Below are positions 10,981-21,893 of a stretch of DNA of 64,000 nucleotides, one piece after another. This stretch comes from Squalus acanthias (lineage: Eukaryota): positions 131,814,001 to 131,878,000 of the forward strand of contig CM059432.1 in NCBI GenBank assembly GCA_030390025.1. The letters are read 5' to 3'. Numbering within the stretch: the stretch's first letter is position 1; the number at the start of each line of letters is the position of its first letter. The notes beneath the pieces were generated by a model. That model worked only from the letters and a program-made list of their open reading frames with translations. It was not told the DNA's origin and ran no database searches. The translations under genes and the position numbers were made by a program.

Positions 10981-13980
10981 ATGACCGCCGAGAGCAGGAG
11001 CAGCGGTATAAAGAGCGGCGAGAGTGGGAGCAGCGGCACAAAGAGCGCCGAGAGCGGGAGCAGCGGCACAAAGAGCACCGAGAGCGGGAGCAGCGGTATA
11101 AAGAGCGCCGAGAGCAGGAGCAGTGGTATAAAGAGCGCCGAGAGTGGGAGCAGCGGCTCAAAGAGCGCCGAGAGTGGGAGGAGCGGTATAAAGAGCGCCG
11201 AGAGTGGGAGCAGCGGTATAAAGAGCGCCGAGAGCGGGAGCAGTGACACAAAGAGCGCCGAGAGCGGGAGCAGCGGTATAAAGAGCGCCGAGAGTGGGAG
11301 CAGCGGCTCAAAGAGCGCCGAGAGTGGGAGCAGCGGAATAAAGAGCGCCGAGAGTGGGAGCAGCGGTATAAAGAGCGCCGAGAGCGGGAGCAGCGACACA
11401 AAGAGCGCCGAGAGCGGGAGCAGCGGTATAAAGAGCGCCAAGAGTGGGAGCAGCAGCACAAAGAGCGCCGAGAGCGGGAGCAGCGGCATAAAGAGCGCTG
11501 AGAGTGGGAGCAGCGGCATAAAGAGCGCCGAGAGCGGGAGCAGTGGCTCAAAGAGCACCGAAAGCGGGAGCAGCGGTATAAAGAGCGCCGAGAGCGGGAG
11601 CAGCAGCACAAAGAGCGCCGAGAGCGGGAGCAACGGTATAAAGAGCACCGAGAGCGGGAGCAGTGGTATAAAGAGCGCCGAGAGCGGGAGCAGCGGTATA
11701 AAGAGCGCCGAGAGCGGGAGCAGCGGCACAAAGAGCGCCGAGAGTGGGAGCAGCGGCACAAAGAGCGCCGAGAGTGGGAGCAGCGGCACAAAGAGCGCCG
11801 AGAGTGGGAGCACCGGCTCAAAGAGCGCCGAGAGCGGGAGCAGCGGCACAAAGAGCGCCGAGAGTGGGAGCAGCAGTATAAAGAGCGCCGAGAGCGGGAG
11901 CAGCGGCTCAAAGAGCGCCGAGAGCGGGAGCAGCGGTATAAAGAGCGCCGAGAGTGGGAGCAGCAGCACAAAGAGCGCCGAGAGCAGGAGCAGCGGTATA
12001 AAGAGCGCCGAGAGTGGGAGCAGCAGCACAAAGAGCGCCGAGAGCAGGAGCAGCGGTATAAAGAGCGTCGAGAGTGGGAGCAGCAGCACAAAGAGCGCCG
12101 AGAGCGGGAGCAGCGGTATAAAGAGCGCCGAGAGCGGGAGCAGCGGCTCAAAGAGCGCGGAGAGCGGGAGCAGTGGTATAAAGAGCACCGAGAGTGGGAG
12201 CAGCAGTATAAAGAGTGCCGAGAGCGGGAGCAGCAGCACAAAGAGCGCCGAGAGCGGGAGCAGTGGTATAAAGAGCGCCGAGAGCGGGAGCAGCGGTATA
12301 AAGAGCGCCGAGAGCGGGAGCAGCGGTATAAAGAGCGCCGAGAGCAGGAGCAGCGGCACAAAGAGCGCCGAGAGCGGGAGCAGCGACACAAAGAGCGCCG
12401 AGAGCGGGAGCAGCGGTATAAAGAGCGCTGAGAGCGGGAGCAGCGGTATAAAGACCGCCGAGAGCGGGAGCAGCGGTATAAAGAGCGCCGAGAGTGGGAG
12501 CAGTGGTATAAAGAGCGCCGAGAGTGGGAGCAGCGGCACAAAGAGCGCCGAGAGCGGGAGCAGTGGTATAAAGAGCGCCGAAAGTGGGAGCAGCGGCACA
12601 AAGAGCGCCGAGAGCGGGAGCAGCGGCACAAAGAGTGCCGAGAGCGGGAGCAGCGGTATAAAGAGCGCCGAGAGTGGGAGCAGTGGTATAAAGAGCGCCG
12701 AGAGTGGGAGCAGCAGCACAAAGAGCGCCGAGAGCGGGAGCAGCGGCACAAAGAGCGCCGAGAGTGGGAGCAGCGGTATAAAGAGCGCCGAGAGTGGGAG
12801 CAGTGGTATAAAGAGCGCCGAGAGTGGGAGCAGTGGTATAAAGAGCGCCGAGAGCGGGAGCAGCGGTATAAAGAGCACCGAGAGCGGGAGCAGCGGCACA
12901 AAGAGCGCTGAGAGCGGGAGCAGCGGTATAAAGAGCGCCGAGAGCGGGAGCAGCGGCACAAAGAGCGCCGAGAGTGGGAGCAGCGGTATAAAGAGCGCCG
13001 AGAGTGGGAGCAGCGGCACAAAGAGCGCCGAGAGCGGGAGCAGCGGTATAAAGAGCGCCGAGAGTGGGAACAGCGGCACAAAGAGCGCCGAAAGTGGGAG
13101 CAGCGGTATAAAGAGCGCCGAGAGCGGGAGCAGTGGTATAAAGAGCACCGAGAGCGGGAGCAGCGGCACAAAGAGCGCCGAGAGTGGGAGCAGCGGTATA
13201 AAGAGCGCCGAGAGTGGGAGCAGCAGCACAAAGAGCGCCGAGAGCAGAAGCAGCGGCACAAAGAGCGCCGAGAGCGGGAGCAGCGGTATAAAGAGCGCCG
13301 AGAGTGGGAGCAGTGGCACAAAGAGCGCCGAGAGCGGCAGCAGCGGTATAAAGAGCGCCGAGAGCGGGAGCAGCGGTATAAAGAGCGCCGAGAGTGGGAG
13401 CAGCGGTATAAAGAGCACCGAGAGTGGGAGCAGCGGCTCAAAGAGCGCCGAGAGCGGGAGCAGCGGTATAAAGAGCACCGAGAGTGGGAGCAGCGGCACA
13501 AAGAGCGCCGAGAGCGGGAGCAGCAACACAAAGAGCGCCGAGAGCGGGAGCAGCGGTATAAAGAGCGCCGAGAGCGGGAGCAGCGGTATAAAGAGCGCCG
13601 AGAGCAGGAGCAGCGGTATAAAGAGCGCCGAGAGCGGGAGCAGCGGTATAAAGAGCACCGAGAGTGGCAGCAGCGGTATAAAGAGCGCCGAGAGTGGGAG
13701 CAGCGGCACAAAGAGCGCCGAGAGCGGGAGCAGCGGTATAAAGAGCGCCGAGAGCAGGAGCAGCGGTATAAAGAGCGCCGAGAGCGGGAGCAGCGGTATA
13801 AAGAGCGCCGAGAGTGGGAGCAGCGGTATAAAGAGCGCCGAGAGCAGGAGCAGCGGTATAAAGAGCGCCGAGAGCGGGAGTAGCGGTATAAAGAGCGCCG
13901 AGAGTGGGAGCAGCGGTATAAAGAGCGCTGAGAGCGGGAGCAGCGGCTCAAAGAGCGCCGAGAGCGGGAGCAGCACCGGA
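10981..13980 (+). repeat. 30-bp minisatellite, ~100 units, consensus AAGAGCGCCGAGAGCGGGAGCAGCGGTATA
   Basis: Fifty consecutive 60-nt lines each hold two in-register units; no indels are visible. Confidence 0.99.
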
Positions 13981-16900
13981 AGGAGCGGACCTGGTGGGAG
14001 CACAGCGAGAACGAGCAGTTTAACTGAGCAGTCGCAGTCCCGAGCGGCAGCAACTCAACAGAGGCAGTTTTTGAAAAAGTGACGTCAGAGTAAAAAAAGT
14101 GACATCAGCACAAAGGAAGCAGCTGATTGGTGAGTAGCTGGTGAGTGTTTTTTTTTAAGTCGATAAGTTTATTTCTGCTAAGTTAGTTAATAGCCTATTA
14201 AATAGAAGGAAAGAGCTAATTGGTGAATAGCTGGGGAGTGTTTTTTGTTAAGTTTTAAGTTTATTTCTGCTGGGTTAGTTCTTAGTCTATTAAATAGAGG
14301 CATGGCAGGGCAGCTCAGTCCCGTGGAGTGCACATCCTGTGCCATGTGGGAGTCCTCGACGCTTCGCGTAGCCTGGATGACCACATGTGTGGGAAGTGTC
14401 GCCAGTGACAGCAACTCGAGCTCCGGGTTTCGGAGCTTGAGTGGCAGCTGGAGTCACTGCGGTGCATCCGCGAGGCTGAGAGTTACGTAGATAGCACGTT
14501 TCTAGAGGTGGTCACCCCACAGCTTAAGAGTATGCAGGCAGAGAGGGAATGGCTGACCGCTAGACAGAAGAGGAGGACCAGGCAGGTAGTGCAGGAGTCC
14601 CCGGAGTGCATTGCGCTCTCCAACCAGTATTCTGTTCTGAGTACTGGTGAGGGCGATGGTTCCTCTGGGGAGTGCAGCCAGAGTCAAGTTCACGGCACCA
14701 CGGGTGGCTCAGCTGCACACGGGGGGAGGAAAAAGAGTGGTAGAGCAATAGTGGTAGGGGATTCAATAGTTAGGGGAGCAGACAGGCGTTTCTGCGGCCG
14801 TAGACATGACTCCAGGATGGTATGTTGCCTCCCTGGTGCCAGGGTCAAGGATGTCACTGAGCGGCTGCAGGACACTCTGAGGGGGGAGGGTGAACAGCCA
14901 GAGGTCGTTGTCCATATTGGTACCAACGACATAGGCAGAAAGAGGGATGAGGTCCTGCAGGCAGAGTTTAGGGAGCTAGGAGAGAGATTAAAAAGCAAGA
15001 CTTCGAAGGTAGTAATCTCCGGATTACTCCCGGTGCCACGTGCTAGTGAGTACAGGAATAGGAGGAGAGAACAGATGAATGCGTGGCTGGAGAGATGGTG
15101 CAGGAGGGAGGGCTTTAGATTCCTGAGGCATTGGGACTGTTTCTGGGGAAGGTGGGACCTGTACAAGCCGGACGGGTTACACCTCAACACAGCCGGGACC
15201 AATATTCTTGTGGGGAGGTTTGTTAGTGCTGTTGGGGAGCGTTTAAACTAGCTTGGCAGGGGGATGGGCACCAGCATATAGGAGTAGAAAAAAGGAATAA
15301 GGTGCATAAAAGAGCGATTGTGTTGGATAGTACTAGAGGCGGTAGTAGTACCATATTAGATAGGAGTAGACTAAGAAAGACTACGAAAAATTCAAAAATG
15401 GGTTTAGAATGCATGTACGTAAACGTTAAAGTGTGGTGAATAAGGTTGGTGAGCTACAAGCACAATTATCCGTGTGGCAATATGATGTTGTGGCAATAAC
15501 AGAAACGTGGCTTAAAAACAGTGAGGACTGGGCACTTAATATTCAAGGGTACAAGGTGTTCAGAAAAGATAGAGATGGAAAAAAGGGAGGTGGGGTGGCA
15601 GTGCTGATTAAGGAAGAAATTGTAGAGTTGTAAAGGAAGGATGTTCTTGAGGGGACAAGGACAGAATCCATTTGGTTAGAGTTGAGGAGCAAAAAGGGTA
15701 TGATCACGCTATTGGGGGTATTCTATAGGCCTCCAAATAGTGAGAGGGAGGTAGAGGAGCAAATCTGCAGGGAAATCGCAGAGATATGCAAGAGCTATAG
15801 AGTGTTGATATCGGGGGACTTTAATTACCCAAATATCGATTGGGATAATGCTAGGGTAAAGGGAAAGGAGGGGGAGAAATTTATGAAATGTGTTAAGGAG
15901 AATTTCCTTGATCAATATGTTCTTGGCCCAACTAGGAAGGAGGCATTGCAGGATCTGGTGCTAGGGAATGAGGTGGGCCAGGTCGACCAAGTGTCTGTGG
16001 GAGAACACTTGGGTACGAGTGATCATCGTATCATAAGATTTAGATTAGCAATGGAGAGGAGCAAGGAACAATCTAGAGTGGAACTTCTAAACTGGAATAG
16101 GGCTAACTTCAATGAGATGCGAAAGGATCTAGCCAGGGTAAAATGGAACCAAAGACTGACAGGAAAAACTGTAACGGAACAATGGGTGATCTTTAAGGAG
16201 GAGATGTTCCAAATACAGGCTAGGTACATTCCAACAAGAGGGAAGGGTAAGGGAACCAAAGCAAGGGCTCCTTGGATGACGAGGGAGATAGCGAAAATGA
16301 TGAAACAAAAAAAGAGGGTGTATGATGCATGTCAGGTGAATTCTTCAAGGGAGAACCAGATCAAATACAATAAGTTGAGAGGGGATGTGAAGATGAAAAT
16401 AAGATTGGCTATGAGAGTAGAATGGCGGTTAACATAAAAGGGAACCGAAAAATCTTCTACCGGCATGTAAACAGTAAGCAGGTAGTCAGAGGCGGGGTGG
16501 GGCCTATTAGAGACAAAGAAGGTGATATATGCTTAGAGGCGCAGGGCAAGGCTAGAATACTCAATGAGCACTTTGTATCGATGTTTACTAAGGAGGTGGA
16601 TGCTGACAAAATATTGGTAGAAGTGGAAAAGGTAGAAGCAATGGAAGGGGTGAAAATTGATAGACAGGATGTACTAGAAAGGCTGGGTATGCTTAGAGTG
16701 GACAAGTCGCCTGGTCCAGATGGCTTTCATCCCAGGTTGCTAAGGGAATTGGGGGAGGAGATTGCGGAAGGGCTTGCCATAATTTTCCAATCTTCCCTAG
16801 ATGCGGGGGAAGTGCCTGAGGATTGGAGAGTGGCAAATGTGACACCATTGTTCAAGAAAGGGTGCAAGGACAATTCTAATAACTACAGGACGATCAGTTT

Positions 16901-17000
16901 AACATCAGTGGTGGATAAAGTTTTAGACACAATAATCAAGGAAAAAATTAACGGGCACTTGGAGAGGTTTAAGCTAATTAAGGAGAGCCAACACGGATTT
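13981..17000 (+). mobile_element. CR1 LINE 5' half: UTR, ORF1 (Zn-finger-like plus SGNH esterase), ORF2 endonuclease and start of RT; disrupted and 3'-truncated
   Basis: ORF1 starts at ATG 14302 (CTSCAMWE) and after a frameshift shows VVGDSIVRG, HIGTND and DGLHLN, stopping at 15251. ORF2 motifs ITETWL, YRPPN, GDFNYP, SDH and KSPGPDG follow, ending at QHGF. Confidence 0.92.
14080..14146 (+). promoter_or_regulatory. Candidate CR1 5'UTR regulatory motifs: CRE, CRE-like site, inverted CCAAT, two GTGAGT
   Basis: TGACGTCA at 14080-14087, TGACATCA at 14100-14107, ATTGG at 14126-14130, GTGAGT at 14130 and 14141. Function is inferred only. Confidence 0.45.
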
Positions 17001-17366
17001 TTTTTTTTTAAATTGTTCATGATATTTCAGCTTCTACCTTAACCCCATGTGAATGTCCCAATAGTTATTTCTAACATTTTTAAAAAGTGTAGATAATCTG
17101 TGCTTTTCATTTCCTGGTTTACTGTCTGTGAGAATTCTTCAATGTGATTGGCTGCTTAGACAGCTTGATGATGTCATGGCTGCAGAACGCTACGAATCCC
17201 CTATTAGCAGCGCTACAATCAATTACACGTCGAGAAACCTAAAGTTTTCACCACAGAGATCACGAGATCTCTGTGGGCAGCTTCCTTTGAGGTCTGTGGC
17301 GATCGTTGTCGCATTGCCGCTGATCACAAATTACGGGCCATAATTGAACTAATCTGTAATATTAAT

Positions 17367-18170
17367 CATAGAATAATACAGCACAGAAGGAGGTCATTCA
17401 GATCATCGAGTCTGTGCTGGCTCTTTTGAAGAGCAATCCAGTTAGTCCCACTCTTTCCCCACATCCCTGCAATTTTTTCTCCTTCAATATTCATCCAATT
17501 CCCTTTTGAAGGCTACTACTGAATCTGTATCAGGCAGTGCATTCCAAATCCTAACCACTTGTTGCGTAAAAAGTTTTTCCTCATGTCGCCTCTGGTTCTT
17601 TTGCCAATCACCTTAAATCTATGCCCTCTGGTTATCGATCCTTCAGCCATTGGAAGCAGTTTCTCTTTATTTACTCGATCTAAGCTCTTCATGATTTTAA
17701 ACGCCTCTATCAAATCTCCTCTTAGCCTTCTCTGCTCTAAGGAGAACAACCCCAGCTTCTACAGTCTATCTACGTAACTGCAATCCCTCATCCTCGGAAC
17801 CATTTTAGTAAATCTCTTCTGTACCCTCTCCAAAGCCTTCACATCCTTCCTAAAGTGCGGTTCCAAGAATTGGACACCATACTCCAACTGGGGCCAAACT
17901 AGTATTTTGTATAACTTCCTGGCTTTTGTACTCTAAGCCTCTATTTATAAAGCCCAGCATCCCATATGATTTATTAACTGCTTTGTTAACCTGTCCTGCC
18001 ACCTTCAAAGATTTGTGCACAAACACTCCCAGGTCTCTCTGCTCTTGCACCCCCTTTAAATTTGTACCATTTAGCTTGTATTGTCTCTCCTCATTCTTCC
18101 TACCAAAATATATAACCTCACACTTTTCTGCGTTGAATTTCATCTTCCATGTGTCTACCCATTCCCCCAG
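17367..18170 (-). mobile_element. CR1 3' fragment
   Basis: ORFs 17850..18143 and 17516..17749 (QRDLGV, RRLRGDLIE). Confidence 0.85.
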
Positions 18171-18987
18171 CTATAAATCTATAATAGGATAGCAATTTAA
18201 GTTTCTTAAAAAAAGTATTTGGATTCTTGAGTTCATGAAAATTTGAGTACGTTTACATCTGCACCACTTACACAAGCAAAGATGAATAGGGTAACATGAA
18301 TTTCAAATTCAGCTTCCAGTCGGCAGTGTCACTTTTAATACAGTACTTTTGTCTTCTAAAGCGGTTTCATTTAAATTTTGTTTTAATAAGGTAGTGGCAT
18401 AGATTTAATCAAGTCATTTTGAAATGCCATGCCCTTTGCCTTTGTCCTGTATATATTATTTAAAAATACTTTATTTTTCTTCCTATGCATGAGGCAAAGT
18501 GGTAATTTTTACCCAATTTACTTGCAGTGAAATACATCCCACTCTAATGGTTTCATGGTCACAATGATTCATTTCCTTAAACTGTGAAACATTATCTGCC
18601 TGTGTGCCCACCAAATACATTTTGATGTTGATGAATGGCTTTGCTGACCACTTGCTCTTTACTTGGTGTGTGTCCACAGCATAGTAGGCTAGAAAGAGGA
18701 CTATGCCCTTGCATCTAAATTAAGCAGTACTGAAAGAAAAGTTTTGTATTTCACAATGAATGGCTTATATTGTTATTATTTTTTTTTAAACCAGCACTGT
18801 TTGTAGTTGAAAGGTCCCGTCATCTGAAAATAATTAAAGTTATGGCACAAGAATGGGAACAAATTAGTGCATTGATGAAACAACCTTAACTGTCTGAGTT
18901 ACATCGATTGTGCTGACAAAGGTCTAAGTTTACTGCTCCTAAAGCGTGCCACCCAAAAGAGTACTGATGCAGCACCAAAACTGAATA

Positions 18988-19135
18988 AAACAACTTGTAT
19001 TTATATAGCACCTTTAACGTAGTAAAATGTCCCAAGGCGCTTCATAGGAGTATTATAAGACAAAAAATTTGACACCAAGCCACATAAGGAGACATTAGGG
19101 CAGGTGACCAAAAGCTTGGTCAGAGAGGTAGGTTT
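18988..19135 (-). mobile_element. L2-type 3' tail fragment
   Basis: Same tail as 1021 and 35935. Confidence 0.65.
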
Positions 19136-21682
19136 TTTGAGCAGTATGTAACTGAACCGACCAGGGGGCAAGCAACCTTAGATCTGGTCCTGTGTAACGA
19201 GACAGGATTAATTAAAAATGTCCTAGTAAAGGATCCCCTTGGAATGAGTGACCATAACATGGTTGAATTCCATATTCAATTAGAGGGTGAGAAGGTTGGA
19301 TCTCAAACAAGCGTGCTAAGCTTGAATAAAGGAGACTATGAAGGTATGCGAGCGGAATTGAGTAGAGTGGATTGGGAAAATAGATTAAAGGGTAAGACGA
19401 CACATGATCAGTGGTGTACATTCAAGGAGTTATTTTACAACTTCCAAAAAAAATATATTCCACTGAAAAGAAAAGGGTGTAAAAGAAAGGACAGTCATCC
19501 GTGGCTAAGTAAAGAAATTAAGGATAGTATTCGACTAAAAACAAGGGCATATAAGGTAGCGAAATCTAGTGGGAGGACAGAGGATTGGGAAAACTTTAAA
19601 AGGCAGCAAAAAATAACAAAAAGATTGATTAAGAAGGGGAAGATAGATTATGAAAGTAAATTAGCAAAAAATATAAAAACAGATAGTAAGAGTTTTTATA
19701 GTTATATAAAAAGAAAAAGGGTGGCTAAAGTAAATGTTGGTCCTTTAGAGGATGAGACCGGGAAATTAATGGTGGGAAATATGGAGATGGCAAAAACACT
19801 GAATGAATATTTTGTATCAGTCTTTACAGTAGAGGACACTAAGAATATCCCAACACTGGACAAACAGGGGGCTATAGGGGGAGAGGAGCTAAACACGATC
19901 AAAATCACTAAGGAAGTGGTACTCGGTAAAATAATGGGACTCAAGGCGGATAAATCACCTGGACCTGATGGCTTACATCCTAGAGTCTTGAAGGAAGTGG
20001 CGGTAGGGATTGTAGATGCATTGGTAATAATTTTTCAAAACTCCCTGGATTCCGCTAAGGTCCCGGCAGACTGGAAAACTGCTAATGTAACACCCTTATT
20101 TAAAAAGGGCAGTAGACAGAAGGCTGGTAACTATAGACCAGTTAGCCTAACATCTGTGGTAGGTAAAATTTTGGAGTCCATTATTAAGGAAACAGTAACA
20201 AGACATTTGGATAATCATAATTTAATAGGACAAAGTCAGCATGGTTTTACGAAGGGGAAGTCATGTTTGACAAATTTGCTGGAGTTCTTTGAGGAAGTAA
20301 CATATAGAGTGGATAAAGGGGAACCAGTGGACGTAGTGTATTTAGACTTCCAAAAGGCATTTGACAAGGTGCCACACAAAAGATTATTGCTTAAGGTAAA
20401 AAATCACGGGATTGGGGGTAATATTCTGGCATGGATAGAGGATTGGCTATCTAACAGAAAGCAAAGAGTTGGGATAAATGGTTCATTCTCAGACTGGCAA
20501 TCAGTAACTAGTGGTGTTCCACAGGGGTCAGTGCTGGGTCCCCAACTCTTCACAATCTATATTAACGATTTGGAGGAAGGGACCAAGTGTAACATATCAA
20601 AATTTGCAGATGATACAAAGATGGGAGGGAAAGTAGTGAGTGAGGAGGACATAAAAAACCTGCAAGGGGACATAGACAGGCTAAGTAAGTGGGCAGAGAT
20701 TTGGCAGATGGAATACAGCACTGGAAAGTGTGAGGTGATGCACTTTGGCAGGAAAAATCCTAGAGCAATTTATTATCTTAATGGCAAGAAACTGGAGAGT
20801 ACTGAAGTGCAAAGGGATCTGGGGGTCCTGGTGCACGAAACTCAAAAGGTTAGTATGCAGGTGCAGCAAGTGATTAAGAAGGCAAATGGAATGTTGGCTT
20901 TCATTGCTAGGGGGATAGAATATAAAAATAGGGAGGTATTGCTTCAGTTGTACAAGGTATTGGTGAGACCGCACCTGGAATACTGCATACAGTTTTGGTG
21001 TCCTTACTTAAGGAAAGACATCCTTGCTCTCGAGGCAGTGCAAAAAAGGTTCACTCGGTTAATCCCGGGGATGAGGGGGTGGTCATATGAGGAGAGGTTG
21101 GGTAGATTGGGACTCTACTCATTGGAGTTCAGAAGAATGAGAGGCGATCTTATTGAAACATATAAGATTGTGAAGGGGTTGGATCGGGTGGATGCGGGGA
21201 GGATGTTCCCGATGACGGGTGAGACGAGAACTAGGGGACATAGTCTTAGAATAAGGGGCTGCTCTTTCAAAACTGAGATGAGGAGGAACTACTTCACTCA
21301 GAGGGTGGTAGGTCCATGGAATATGCTGCCACAAAAAGCTGTAGAAGCTACAACATTAATTAAATTTAAAACAGAAATAGACAGTTTCCTAGAAGTAAAG
21401 GGCATTAAGGGTTACGGGGAGCGGGCAGGAATTTGGACATGAGTCTAGGTTCGGATCGGTCATGGCCCTGTGGGTAGTGGAGCGGGCCCAGGGACTGTGT
21501 AGCCTGATTCTGCTCCTATTTCGTGTGTGCAATTCTGTTAGATGCAGGAGATGTTTCTGTGATAGATAGTAGATTGGCGGTTAGGATCAGATCAGCCATG
21601 ATCTTATTGAATGGCGGAGCAGGCTCGATGGGCCGATTGGCCTACTCCTGCTCCTATTTCTTATGTTCTTATGTTCTTATGT
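19133..21682 (+). mobile_element. 5'-truncated CR1 LINE with uninterrupted RT ORF
   Basis: ORF 19244..21442 (732 aa; [26 protein letters not shown]). 3'UTR ends in (TTCTTATG)n. Confidence 0.95.
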
Positions 21683-21744
21683 ACCCAGTACCTAGGGAAG
21701 GTTTAAAAAATAAAATCAATTGCCTTGTCTCTTGTTTACATTGC

Positions 21745-21893
21745 TAGAGATTTGATAGATTTTGGTTGGGTAAAGATATCAAGGGATATGGATCAAAGGC
21801 GGGTAAATGGAGTTGAGGTACAAATTAGCCATGATCTAATTGAATGACGGAGCAGACTCAAAGGGCTGAATGGCCTACTCCCCTTCCTATGTT
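21745..21893 (+). mobile_element. CR1 3' tail fragment
   Basis: Contains the GAATGGCCTACTCC-type CR1 tail. Confidence 0.75.

Noticed and set aside
10981..13980. CRISPR-like array
   Set aside because: Head-to-tail units with no unique spacers, no cas genes and a vertebrate context.
10922..14082. Three >1000-aa ORFs (KSAESGSSGI, RSRRSLYRCS and Leu-rich repeats)
   Set aside because: These are translations of a 30-bp repeat whose length is a multiple of 3. CpG transitions cannot create stops in the KSAES frame, while the ERRE frame does gain TGA stops. The region is intronic and TE-linked, with no protein evidence.
14508..15251. Host SGNH esterase gene
   Set aside because: It is CR1 ORF1, frameshifted and followed directly by LINE ORF2.
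17000..18170. Inverted 3' half of the 13981-17000 CR1 (twin priming)
   Set aside because: A large RT segment is missing, unrelated sequence intervenes, and nothing shows both parts belong to one copy.
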